Below are positions 50,484 to 63,620 of a DNA stretch of 64,000 nucleotides, in pieces. The translations under genes were made by a program, and so were the position numbers. Each line of letters starts with the position of its first letter. Within the stretch, counting starts at the first letter, position 1. The notes under the pieces are model-generated. The model was given only the letters and a program-made list of their open reading frames with translations, did no database searches and was not told the DNA's origin. The stretch is from NCBI RefSeq assembly GCF_030144855.1, contig NC_082731.1, positions 23,250,001-23,314,000 of the forward strand. Direction: 5' to 3'. The stretch comes from Hypanus sabinus. Taxonomy: Eukaryota.

Positions 50484-53400
50484 CTGTTGCACGTTGAAAG
50501 AAAGAGAAAAATAAAAGGACTGTCGGAAATTCAGCTAAAAATAAGAAAAATAAACAATGGTTGGGAGGATAAACGCATCATGTCATTCCAGCTATTTACA
50601 AAAATAATAGCAAAGAAATTACAAATAATACAATTATATTTAGATGCAATGCACAACACAGTGTCTCTGAATGTCTTTGACAGTATTCTGTCGGAACTTT
50701 TGTCCCCATTCTGTACTCTCACAAACATTAACTATTTTATATCATTGTTTGTCCATCGTTTCCACTCTTTCTTCAGTAACAGAATATCCACAATCATCCC
50801 ACATCGGGGTTGTATGAGAATAGCGTTAATTCTCCCTTATCTGATTCCATTAACATCTGGATATGTTAGTTTGTCTTACTTTAATCCATCCATCTAACAG
50901 GGAACTATCCTACCGAAGTTCTGCAATTATTTTCGAATGGCTAAAAATGGGGATGTATTTGATATACCTGATTTGTTTGTATTTATTCTGTGTTTCACAA
51001 CCAATTTGTTGGCTTACAATCATTGTAAGCTTTGAGACTTGACATGTTTACCGAATGTCACCTTCAGAGACACATTGAACAGAACGCATTTTATTACTCC
51101 GAACGCCCAATCTTATTTCTGTCACAGAGGTGCGTAATGGAGACGAAGAGAAAGAAAGGAGCAATTACTGGAGTAGTGCACTACACATTGAGTGGAGCGC
51201 CAAATGCATGGTGCGAGAAAATCTGTATGGAACCGGTTTGATCAACTTTACCACACAAGATGTTCGTCTGTGTTGATTTCCGAAAATCTAGTCATGTGGT
51301 CATTAACCGAAGTGTTCTCTCAGTTTAAAAAGCCAGGCCATACCAAGCTTTTGAATAAGCGACAGCCATCTTCTAATTCAGTTATATTTGTCTTTTCCAC
51401 TATACGGGGTTTGGTAAATGTAGAACCAGTTTTGTTTTTCATTGAAACGCAAGAGGCGTGAGTTCAAATCTATTTTGTTTTGCTACGTCTTGCTTTTAAA
51501 AGGTCATTCTGGACAAAGTCTGAGTAGAGAAAGTGTCAGGTTTGTATATAGACGAAACATGTACATGGAAAGTAGACCAATGTGTAAATGGATTGTCTGG
51601 TGCTTGATAGCGCGTGTGCAGAATATATGGTCGGCTTCTGTATTTTGCTGTGGGGTGGGGGGCGTTCGGGGATTAGGGAAAATAATAATAACTTGAATTT
51701 TTCCATACACGTGAGAAATGGAATGCTGAATGAAAAACTTTTGAAAGTATTGGTTTCACATCATTCCTTACAGCAGAATAGCGTGCAAAGAAAAAAAAAA
51801 CATTATCTTGGCTTCCGTTTTAGGGATGATCAAGTAAATAAAATGATGGGGAAAGCGGTATCGGTTTTTCTGGGAGGTTTTTCATAGACTATTGTAACAA
51901 AAGTCGTTGAGGTCATGTTCAAATATTCGACTAAACTGCAATTGGAGCTCATTATCCTCTGTCCAAATGCTTACTGTTTCTGATTACAAATTCCAAATCA
52001 GTTTGGCGTTGTAGCATTTTACGTTATATAGGCAGCGTCTGACGATCAGTTGCAATTCCAGCTAATTTCTCTAAACTGTTCGTACGCTCTGAACTTATCC
52101 AGGTGGCTTTCTTGCGGGTAATCCTTTTGCTTCAACTTGGCCAAAACATGTACACGCTCGGGATAGTAAGTCGTGAGCACGTTGTGTTGTCGTAAGAAGT
52201 ATGCCGACATTTGCGGACTGCATTTAGCTTAGATTCCGAGCGAAAACAACGTCCATTGCTGCATGCTTAAACATTTAGAAGTAAAAAATCGGATATCTCT
52301 ACAAACTTAAGAATACTTCGATGAATATTCAGGAGACGCTGACGAGCGTAAACAATTTATATATTTTCGGAGAAAGGCGAAATTATTTGGGCAGTGGCAT
52401 ATTTCTACCAAGAGCCCTACAGGGCAAAGAACAGACCCCGCCAAATCGCCACCGGAATAACAATGACGACCTCACCGGTCCATCACACTGTAGAAATAAC
52501 TGAAGTTACAGGGGGTTTGTCATTCGCCACCAAAACTGAAATTTAAAAAAAAAACATGAATCATTATCATCATACTATAAAGAGTCCGCCATTTTCCTGA
52601 ACACTTAACGTGGCACACAGAAACACACCGGCACACTCCTGCTGGAGCTCACAATGCTTGAATAAACAATGGAGCAAGAAGAGTTTCAGTCAGTTACTCT
52701 TGTACTTTTAAGCTTTTTCATGCCAAGCGAGCATCAGAGTACAGGCCAATGCACAAGCATTTGTTGTTTCAAGTTTACATTTTGTAACTGATTAGTATTC
52801 TAGGAATTGTGTGGTCATCATGGGAACTGATTGAAGGAGAATACTGAATCTGTCATGCTCTCCACGACCACGTCCTGTTATCTGACATTCAGTCTCAACT
52901 TTTGATGCACTGCGGTTTACTCAATGAGTGACTGAACAGTTCCACCTTTAAAGATGATATTACAGCCTATCTACTCCTTCCGGATTGTGACATTCTGCCT
53001 GTTATTTCTGCTGCCCAGCTTTACCCACAATATTCAAGCAGAACTTCTCCATGCACTTACGGACATAATTCTATAGTGTTCCAATTACACATTAATTATC
53101 GTGTAAAAGTTTACACCAACAACACGGAATATTTTATGTACAGCAGCGAGCTCTGAGTTGTACCTTGCAATTTCTCATATCTGGGCCCTTTGGGTTTGGT
53201 CTCCCATTGCGTGGTAAGAACTAAAAACGCAAAACTTATACAAAGCCTCCCATTTACTGTACATCTCTTTACCTAGTAGACAAAATATAGTTTTAAAGTG
53301 ATCTTGTATGGGAAACCCGTTCCTTGACACATTCTGTGCCGTCCAGGCAGCATCTCGATCAATGTTTTTTGCACACTATGCATTTCGACATCGTTCGGTT

Positions 53401-53555
53401 ACTTCGCTCTTCTTTCTAAGGGTGTTTGTTCCGATTTTATCACTCTTTTAATTCTTTAGCAGTCTCCAAATATCTTACCGAGGAAAGAATCAACTTCCGC
53501 AAAGGATTTCTCCGCAAATCCACATCAGCGATCTTAGTCAACACCATCGTTCTAC

Positions 53556-53609
53556 CTGCCAAGGCAAGCAGATCAGCAGAATGATAATGCAACGTCTTCT
53601 TTCTTCCAT
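53556..53609 (-). other. Candidate orphan leader exon (phase 0)
   Basis: aaaATGG start encoding MEERRRCIIILLICLPWQ, then CAG|GTAGAA. Resembles the 13.2 kb leader pattern RR-hydrophobic-C-x-x-W but is 54 nt long, so phase 0. Confidence 0.3.
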
Positions 53610-55182
53610 TTTAAAGTAATATTAATGTTTGCACTAAAGTTCAAGGATAATGGCTTATTAGTGTTTGCGCCGATACAGAGAGAAGAAATGAAATTTCCGT
53701 CGAACGCAGAAGGCATCATACATAAGTCAAAGGGCAGGTTATACTTACTTTCACCAATGCTTAGTGAGTTAGCCCTGCGATTTAATTCCTAGTCAATAGA
53801 GTTCCTTATCATCGTCGAATCTGGCATTATCTAAACTCCTTATTCTAAACACTCCAACGACTAAAAGAAAGCAGGTGGCTGGATTCTGGAATGAGATGCC
53901 TCAGCACACAGTTTTCGAAATTGCAAAATCCCAATCCTCAACTTATTACCCACTCGTTCAGGACTTGCAGTATGGATTTATTCCTTATCGCCATAGCTAT
54001 ATGATCACATAAGTTAATAATTTCGTTCAACCTGTCTACGGAAATACAGTCCTACACTAGTCGTGTTTTAGTGCTTTGTTTTATGTAGATATATACTGGT
54101 TAGCAATTATCTACACGTTTATTGTTTACAAACGGAGGGAAAACATTGAAAAGAAAACGACCCAAGAACTAGATAACCTGAGCTGCACACCCTATTAAAC
54201 ACTGCTTGCATTGTTAATAACCAAAAGCAGTTCTGCAAAAATGAAGATACTGTACTGCGATAACGGCACCCAACTGAGTTTCTGTTGCAGTTATAAGATG
54301 TGTTCAGGACATTATATGTTGTTTTATTTAGCCGCTTTCGTCTCTTACTTCTCTCCTGGTTGCTTTATCAATGCAACGACTTATGCATTTGATGTCCTAC
54401 GTATAGCAATTAAAACAAACATACAAGCGAAAACGGATCAACTAAACTTGCCGTAGACGTATTTCATTCAATGCCATTTAGTTGAAATGTGATCATGTCT
54501 AAATTGGATCTTTTGATGACTTAATTAATGATTCAGAACGCCGGGCGACTCTGACACGGTACAAATTACTAAGTGGCCATTATGTTCACTGAGGCACAGC
54601 GTATGGAACCGTCACCTGCTGCAGATAACGAATGGCCCCTTGGACTTACGTACCGGCTAATTGTTAAACTGAGTAGGTCTGAGGGCGAAATAACGGACTA
54701 CCTCAAACTTTAGAGGTTCCGCTATCTTCAGATCGACGGTTTTCGTCAATTTCACCAGCGATGCCGCGAAACGGGAATCAAGAGATTAATTCTGTCCGTT
54801 CCGCCACCCCCAATACTTGTTAATAGTAGATATTGTATTATACTACTGGATATTGCCGGGAAAAATCAAGGTTGTGTATACTAGAATTTGTAGCTCGATA
54901 ATTACAGTGGAAATTGACCTCGGCACCTTCACGCCCAGTGACAGTAGTTAGTATCTTTGAAACGGAGCCCTCGGCGACAGTGCCCTGTATGAATCTGATG
55001 CAGTGTTAAAATAATATCTATCAGATATACAGAACAATGTACTACTAGTCAACACAAAATGCAACAAAAATCTGACAAAACCTCTAACATATGCCATCGT
55101 AACATATGTATGCAAGTATATATATGTTGGCGTGTGTGTCTGTTTGTTGTGGGTTTTTTGAGTGTTCGGTAGGATGACCGTT

Positions 55183-55474
55183 NNNNNNNNNNNNNNNNNN
55201 NNNNNNNNNNNNNNNNNNNNNNNNNNNNNNNNNNNNNNNNNNNNNNNNNNNNNNNNNNNNNNNNNNNNNNNNNNNNNNNNNNNNNNNNNNNNNNNNNNNN
55301 NNNNNNNNNNNNNNNNNNNNNNNNNNNNNNNNNNNNNNNNNNNNNNNNNNNNNNNNNNNNNNNNNNNNNNNNNNNNNNNNNNNNNNNNNNNNNNNNNNNN
55401 NNNNNNNNNNNNNNNNNNNNNNNNNNNNNNNNNNNNNNNNNNNNNNNNNNNNNNNNNNNNNNNNNNNNNNNNNN
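55183..55474. other. Assembly gap
   Basis: N run. Confidence 1.
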
Positions 55475-55869
55475 TGCTGCTTCACAGATTAAAAAAATCT
55501 TCACCTCCAAAATGTCTTTCTAATTCTGACGTACAGACCGTGAAGCTCATCACCCTACCGTTTATGAAAGCAGTCAATAGCAGAGCAGGTAAACCGTGTG
55601 GTGACATATTTGCTGCGAGTTCTATTTGTTCAGGCTGTACCAAGATTAGTTTCATTGACAGGGTATGGGTGAAATATGACTTTCGGTCTCTCTTGATTGG
55701 ATGAATACCGATATCGACATGAGTTCACACCCAATCGGCTCTAACATACTATACTTATCTATTCTCCAATTAAATTCAGGGCTGGGTGTGTTTTAGATGT
55801 TGTGTCGAGTTTGTATATGATCTCGGAAACGAAGCATGAATTCTACATATCTTTCCTTAGGACTTGATT

Positions 55870-56720
55870 GAAGCGGCAGACACTACTGAAGGAACATACA
55901 GAAACTGCTGGAGGAAATGCATTTGTAATAAATAATTAAAAAAAAACAAGCAAACAACCTATTTTCGGGCCGAAACGCTTCATCAGGACTTGTGAATGAA
56001 ATAGATGATGGGAGAGTAACAATGTCGGGGATAGAAGGTAGAAGTAAATGGTAGTAGATGATAGTTGAAAGTGGGCTGGCATAGAGGTGAGAAAGAGACC
56101 TTGAAGTCGATTTATAGAGAAGATGAAATAATGTCAGAGGTCGAATTCTGATATGAAAGGATGTAAGGCCACAGAGGAAATGGAAGAAGGACGAGTACCA
56201 GAGGAAAATGCTGGGCAGTGAAGAAATAAGCTGGGAGATGGAATGGGAATGAATAATGCTGAAGGGGACGACGAGGGTCTTCTCCCGAATTTCAGGAAAT
56301 TTATGTTATTCCCATCACACCCAAAGCTATCGTATATTCAATATTAGGTGTTGCTTCTCTAACCAGAATTTGCCTTCATTGTGGTAGTAGAGAGACAATA
56401 GACTAATAGTCAGAATGCGAATGAAATGTAGAATTAATTGCGTGGGCACTGGGAAATCCAGGAGAGTTCGTGCTCACCCAACAGATCTTCCAATCTGTTG
56501 CAAGTCTCTACGGTATACGAGAGAGCAGACCAGGTGCAAAGGATATATGAGCTGAACTCTACAGAGTCACAGGTAAAGTTTTGCACCTCCTTACAGGATT
56601 GTTTGGGAGCCATGGATGATTGTGATTGCAATCATAAATGCTGGGAGGAAGATGGAAAAGTAACGATAAATGCGCAGGATTTAAGCAGAATAATCTGCAG
56701 GATGAGTAGGTGGGTGGACT
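55870..56720 (-). mobile_element. Penelope-like element, GIY-YIG end
   Basis: APKQSCKEVQNFTCDS...YILCTWSALSYTVETCNRLEDLLGEH. Confidence 0.75.
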
Positions 56721-57219
56721 GTAATTGGGGACTAAACGAAACAGAACCCTGCAGATTCTGGGTCGGCGAGCGGATGGGATGAGGGCAAACCTACGCGAAA
56801 TTGTAGAGGAAAGGAACAAACATTCCATTTAAAAAAAAGTAACGGTATATCTCCTTTGTTCTGGAATGAAAGTTCGGGTCCTGAGTGCAAAGGCAGCGCA
56901 GACGAAAGCATTTTGAGAATGGCGTGGCATTTTAAAAGTTACAGAGAGGAAAAAGTTATGGTCCTGGTAGCTGTGAGAATGAGGTGGTTTATAAAAGACA
57001 TCCATTGGTAAGATTCGGCCATAGGTATTGACAAAGATTTTGATAAATGGGAGGGATCTGTCTTAAATGGACCATGAATGTCTGGGCCAGGGTGGAATTT
57101 GGAGGCAAGCTTGACGAAGTGGACACGCTGCGTATTCGTGTAATTAGCAGTAACAGCTCAGGGACAACATTAAAACTGTTCCTTCCCCATGCGGAGCTTA
57201 ACGACTTCATCAAGTCGTT

Positions 57220-58125
57220 ACAGGTCATCTGCAGTCTAACATGTGATGAGGATGTTAGGAGAATTCAGGGTGACTTGGATAGACTGGGTGAGTGAGCAGA
57301 TATTTAGCAGATGCCGTTCAATGTGAATAAATGTGAGGTTGTCCACTTTGGGAGTAAGAACAGAAAAGCAGATTATTATCTGAACGCTGTAGAGTTAGGT
57401 AAGGGAGACATACAGAGAGATCTCGGAGTCCTTGTTCATCAGTCACTGAAGGTGAATGAGCATGTGCAGCAGACAGGGAAGAAGTCTAATGGAATGTTGG
57501 CCTTGATTAAAAAGGGAATTGAGTACAAGAGCAAGGAAATCCTTTTGCATTTGTACCGGGCCCTGGTGAGACCACACCTGGAGTATTGTGTACATTTTTA
57601 GTCTCCAGGGTTAAGCAAGGACATCCTGGCTGCAGCTGAATTGCAGCGTAGATTCACAAGTTTAATTCCTGGGATGTCCGGACTGCCTTACGCAGAGAGG
57701 TTAGAGAGACTACGCTTGTATACGCTTTAATTAAAGAGATTGAGAGGGGATCCGATTGCAACATATAAGATTATTAAGGGATTGGAAAAGATAGAGGCAG
57801 GAAATATGTTCCAGATGCTGTGAGAGTCCAGTAGCAGAGGGCATGGTTTAAGAATAAGGGGTAGGACATTTAGGACAGAGATAAGGAAAAACTTCTTCTC
57901 CCAGACTGTTGTGGGGGTGTGGAATGCACTGCCTCAGATGGCAGAGGAGGCCAATTCTCTGGATGCTTTCAAGAAGGACTTAGATAAGTATCTTATGGAT
58001 AGGGGAATCAAGTGATATCTAGACAAAGTAGGAACCGGCTATTGATAGTAAATGATCAGCCATGAACTCAGAATGGCAGTGCAAGCTCGAAGGGCCGAAT
58101 GGTCTACTTCTGCAACTACTGTTTA
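57220..58125 (+). mobile_element. CR1 3' portion, relatively young
   Basis: IQGDLDRL, MPFNVNKCEVVHFG and LYRALVRPHLEYCVHF motifs plus intact 3' UTR. Confidence 0.95.
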
Positions 58126-58290
58126 TTGTCTATTGTTTATCAAACTTCCCCTGCTGGTAGAGCAAAGGCATCATCGCCAGACTCGAGAAAGAACCACCCG
58201 TGTCCGAGTTCAAATCGGGCCACCGCTGAGAACATTTCCATCCGTCCCAGCAGCGTCGAGATAGCCACACGGCCTCGTAAAAACGATCGA

Positions 58291-58292
58291 TC

Positions 58293-58326
<34 letters not shown>
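58291..58326. repeat. (TCAA)n microsatellite
   Basis: Directly visible. Confidence 0.95.
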
Positions 58327-58327
<1 letters not shown>

Positions 58328-58379
58328 GGATAAAGAGATAGATAAAAAAAACAACAGGGGTTTTGTCAGGAACGTTCTT

Positions 58380-59010
58380 CTCTTGACACGGTTAATCCGA
58401 AAGGAGACCAATCCAGACATCATGCGCCAGACAAGAATGGCTAACTGGCAGATGTTCTTCTACTTTCCACTTTGACTTAAATTTCTCCAGCTGCATCCTC
58501 GAAACTCCATTCTTACAAAGAGGTTGTCGACTTCATCAGCATGGCTTCCGAATTCCACCCTGCACTTAACATTTCCTGGTCCATTTTCAACACGTCCTTC
58601 CATTCTATTAACCTATGTATTTGTAGACACGGGAGACATTATATAAAAATACATCTTAAATCTCGCTGATTCGCACAGCTATCTGAACTATCCTTCTTTC
58701 GAACGTGTTACATGTAAACCGATCATCCCTTTCTCTCAATTTCTCCGACTCCAAAACACTTGCACACGGGATTATGAACTTCATTCTGGTAACAAGAAAG
58801 AGTCCTTCCATCCACCACCAAGAAACTTTTCCTCACCAAAATCTCTTCTATTTAGCTAATGTCAGCTTTCCCGCCACATCCCTGGGAGCGTGCTTCTTGT
58901 CCTTATACACCATTCCACCTGCCTCCGCACCCATCACATAATTCCACGAAACTTCAGCTGTCTCTTACAGGAGCCCTCCATAAAGCACACCTTCCATTCC
59001 CCTCCACATT
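58380..59010 (+). mobile_element. Penelope-like RT fragment
   Basis: ASEFHPALNISWSI and DSHSYLNY motifs. Confidence 0.7.
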
Positions 59011-59381
59011 ATACAAGAACATCGTACCCAAAACATTTAAATTGAACCCTGATGATACATATTGAGGTTCTGCTTCATGATCACATTTACTGCTGGCTGA
59101 TACAATGTTGCCCTCTAACAGTCAGATCTGAAGCTACTTTTCCAATGGTGACATTGTAATTTTTCAAAGGCAATGTTTTTCATCGCTTAGTATTGTTGGT
59201 GCCGTCACACAATATGTCTGTCTCACCACTCCATGTGACAAGTAAGCAAAATGATTATACATTCACAAAATGAAGAGTGGAAAATCTCAATTAGAACTGA
59301 TAACATTATCTGTAAGTATTGTATCATGACACTAAGACATAATGCGAAAAGTTTCGCTCTATTTACCACGTCTTCAATATT

Positions 59382-59680
59382 TCGCAGTGCACAGTTAAAT
59401 ATGCACAAAACCAGGCCTGTAAACGTCATAATAGATAGATCTTGGGAGAGTACCTGTTTCAATTGCTTTCACACGTGTGTGATCCACAGAACACATTTTT
59501 CCACCCTGTGGATATGAGTAACAAGGGCAATTGGCCCGGTTGGTTCCAGTATCCTTGACCCAATATAAATAGACATTTCTTTTCCATTTTATTTAATTCT
59601 TCCATGACCAACAACAGATTACTGATGGAATCAAGAGAGGACATTACTGTGTCCCTGATTGCTGTCGTGGTGTCCTCTGC
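59382..59680 (-). pseudogene. Possible heavily decayed V relic
   Basis: Across a frameshift: LVMEE...C...YWNQPGQLPLLLIS...LSI-x12-CALR. LSI-to-C spacing equals that of the 13.3 kb V. No RSS. Confidence 0.3.
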
Positions 59681-59959
59681 AAGCTGGCGAGAAGCTAGCG
59701 TTGTACCTCCGTTTAACATGGAAGCATGGGGAAATGCTGGGCACTATTGAAGTGTCAGTCTCACGTCAGATGCAGGGATATAGCTGGAGAACATTCTTAG
59801 TATTTGGAATCCCATGGGCGAATTAGGGAGAACAGGATGGTTTTGTACGGGGCAGGTTATGCCCTGTCATCTTAATTAAGTTCACTGACCAGATGACGAT
59901 CTAAAATGATGCAGAATGAATTTTGCATGCTGTTTACATGATCTCTTCGAAAGACGTTT

Positions 59960-60620
59960 CACAGGAGTCCCTAATGGGAGACTAATCCAGGAAATTAAGA
60001 TGCAATGGATCTGCTTAAAATTAGATATGTGAATTCCGAACTGGCTTACGCAACCCCGTTAAATCGAAATGGTAGAATGCACGTTTTCGAGCTGGAGTAA
60101 TGTAAGTACGGTTGTTCCGTCCGGGTATGAACTGGGACCCCTGCTGTCTGTGATATTTATAATTGACTTGGATGATAATCTGGATGGGCAGTTTATTACA
60201 TTTACGGATGATACAAATATTGTTGAAGTTCTAGATGGTGTAGAAGACTGGATACAAATACAATGCAATACAAATAAGTTTAATTATAGACAAATGAATT
60301 AAACTAAGTGATGGCAGATGGAGTTCCATCTATATAAATTTAAGGCGTTTCACTTTGGTAGGAAAATCCAAGCATGATCCTTAACTCTGTTGCTGAGCAA
60401 TGAGGTCAGGGAATCCAATTTCATCGCTCTGTGAAAGGGCATACTCTGTTCAAAATGATGAAAACATGGCGTACAGAATGCTTGCGGTTACTAATCAAGG
60501 GAATGGGTTTAAGTGCGACGAGGCTATATTCGAAATTTATAAAGGTTTGATGAGGCTGCGTCTGAAGTATTGCATACAGCTTTCGTCGGGCCAATGCACA
60601 ATTGATGCAGAGACCTTGGG
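59960..60620 (+). mobile_element. Old CR1 RT fragment
   Basis: VPSGYELGPLLSVIFIIDLD and FTDDT motifs. Confidence 0.8.
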
Positions 60621-61029
60621 AATGGTATTCGTTTTTGCAAGTATTCTGACTGCTCAGAAGAATATGCGATCATGACAGTCTGGATGCGCCGATTATTGAA
60701 TGTCAATACAACAAACTTTGTCTTCATACATAATCACTCAACTTTTTATGTACCTTTGAGAGATGTAAGGAGATGAACACCGCGATCCTACTGTACCTCC
60801 AGCCTGCTATTGTCCTGCCATTATATCTGTATTCTGCTTCTAATTTGGACGCCCCAATGTGAATCTCTGAACAAATTTCTAGAAACCACACTATCTCCCG
60901 CTTCTTGACCTAGTTTAGAAACATAAAGAAAAATACAGCACGACACAGGCCGTTCGGACATCAATGTTTTGCCGAAAATGTACTTAATTTACAAATTACC
61001 GTGGGTGAGGTATAAACCTCTATTTTTAT

Positions 61030-63200
61030 CGATCCTTTTACCAATCCCGGAGTCTCTTATAAGGTACTATCGATATCGGACACCACCACCGTCATAGTCA
61101 GCACATCCATGCATTCAACGCTCTCTGCATAGGAAACTTACAGCAGATTTCCCCTCTGTACGTTCCTCCATTCATTTAAAAAGTGAGATCCCTCGGGATA
61201 GCCATTTCAGCTTTGGGAAAAAATAACACTGACTATCCACCAAATCAATGTCTCTCATCATGTTATACAACTCTATATGCTCACCTCGCACCTTCCGTTT
61301 ATCCAGGTAGAAAACGCTCAGTTCACTCAAGCTACTCTCGTAAGGAATGGACTCCAATCCATTCAGCATCTTGGACATCTCCTCTGCAGCTTTTCCATAG
61401 TCTCCACATCGTTGTTATGGTTTGGTGACGAGAACTGAGCACAGTACCCCAAGTGGAGTCTGACCACGGACCAATATGCCTTTAACATGTTCTCTCGGCT
61501 CTTATATTCAATCCCACGGTCAAAGAAGGCGAATGCACCGTATGCCTTTTTAACCGCAGAATTAACCTGAGCAGCACTTTCTGTGTCCAGTGGATTCGGA
61601 TACTACGATCTATCTGGCCCTCCACACTGCCAGGAGTCTTACCATTAATACTACATTCTGCCGTCATTTTCGATGTACCTACATAACCGACCTCACACCT
61701 GTCTGGGGGAAGTCCATCTGCCACCTCTCAGCCCAGTCGTGCAACCTATAGATCTCCCAATGTAACCTTTTAAAGGCTTCCACACTATCCACACCAACCC
61801 ATAATTTGTATCATCAGTAATTTTACAAACACATCCCTGTGCTTCCTCATCCAGGGTATTTATAATGATCCCGAATAGAATGGACATTTAAACGGCATTC
61901 TGTCGATGTCGCTTTGCAGCACATGACAATTGCCTGGACGATTAGCAGCATCAGCTGTCGTATAATTTGCAAATCTACTAACTCACAATTCTACTTCCAC
62001 ATCTATGCCATTCACAAAAGTTCACAAAGAACTGGATCCGCAGGGCAGATCCTTACGGAATCCGACTGTACCTGGAACTCTTGGCAGAGTAACGCCCAGG
62101 TTCGACTGCGCGCTTCCGTCCACGGAAAGTTAACGTCTGAATGCAACTGATCAAGTTTCTAGCATACGCTGTCCGCACTATTTCTAAATTAGCCGCCCAC
62201 AGTAGAGCGAGTGTAAAGCCTTATCAAAATTCATATGCGCAATATTCTTTATGCAGTACTACTTTTTTCACTTCCAGAAAGAATTCCGTCAATATCCTGA
62301 GGCACGACTGCACACACAGAGCTTTGTAAATTTTCATTAAGCATATACGTCTAAATTCTTGTAAAACCTTTTTCCATTAATTATCTGCAATAGTTATCCT
62401 TATTAGATTTACGGAAAATTGGAATAGCAGTTGTCACTCTCTCTTCGGTTGGCTAATGTTTTGGCCCGTGGAGATGCAAGGTTACTGTCAGATGTCGGAG
62501 GAAAATCTAAGTGTGCTTCCAACTGTTAACGGGGTTATACATGTGCTGCCCTGTATAATCATCGATACTAAATGTTCTCAAAGATATCAGCACGTTTTAT
62601 TTTCTCCCCAAGTGTCGGCAGTTTATGTCATTTCAGCCTATTCTAGAGTAATCAATTTCGTCGTTATTTATCTCACACGCCAATACTGAAGGGAAATACA
62701 TATCACCAATGTTATCCCTTTACTCGACCTATCAATCTCCTCCACTCAACTCCAGAGACATGCTTCTTCTTTCAGCCACGATCGGTTCCTCCCTCACTGC
62801 TGTCATCATTTATCTTTTTACGTACGTGTGGAACGTGTTTGGCTTTTGCCCTTAATTTACTCGCCGGGTCTTATCAGGTCCTCACATACACTATAAATCG
62901 TCCATTCATCTGCATCTTTATCGTTTCCTGCTCCTATCCCTTTCGACTTTGTCTAATCATTGCTAACAAAATCTTAACTAAGTTGCATTTTTTTCTTGTG
63001 TAGATGTTGCTCCTCTCTTATCAGCCATGGATCCTCTCTCTGCCACCCCTTACACTCAAATAACAAGTATATCGAGAAGCGCTTCTCCATACAGTACTTC
63101 CAATACAGTAATTTCTTCCTTCCTGTGTTGTTCCCACTGAAAGTGACTAAGTAGACGATCCGGTAAACACGTTCCGTCTTGCTACGCTATTATACACTCT
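61030..63200 (-). mobile_element. CR1 LINE fragments
   Basis: ILFGIIINTLDEE...ITDDT and LSELSVFYLDKRKVRGEHIELY motifs on - strand. Confidence 0.75.
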
Positions 63201-63324
63201 TGGATTAGAAATGCCCATTCCGACATATTTACCTTATTTCCTGTCTCATTTGAAACTAATAAACAACAGAATACCCCTGAAACCACAATAACAAATATAC
63301 TCCGCTTTGGCTGAGTGAACTTAG

Positions 63325-63620
63325 ACTTTTCTCTTTGGAGCAACGGAGGATGAGAGGCGACCGGATAAATGTGTATAAGACGATGAGGGGCTTTGATCGT
63401 ATGGACAGCCAGAAACTGCGTTTTCAAAGCTGACATGGCAACCACGATGGTGCATATATTTATGGTCACTAGAAGTAGAGGATGTAACAAGTAACTATCT
63501 GGTAGTATTTGCGAGGAATTCACTGTCAGCGATGGTAGTAGAACCATTTGAAAAATGGTATGTTGGAGACTCTTCGATTGGTACATAGTGATTAGAAAAT
63601 TAGAGAACAATACAGTAGTT
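63325..63620 (+). mobile_element. CR1 3' fragment
   Basis: ttggagcaacggaggatgag matches 25110-25130. Confidence 0.7.

Noticed and set aside
52745-52860. Minus-strand DRFS...CAL in one frame
   Set aside because: Spacing is off, there is an internal stop, no D-x-A-x-YY and no RSS.
54211-54456. ORF with LSFCCSY...HYML resembling V FR1/CDR1, and GTQL resembling a J
   Set aside because: No conserved Trp, YYC, FGxG, RSS or splice sites.
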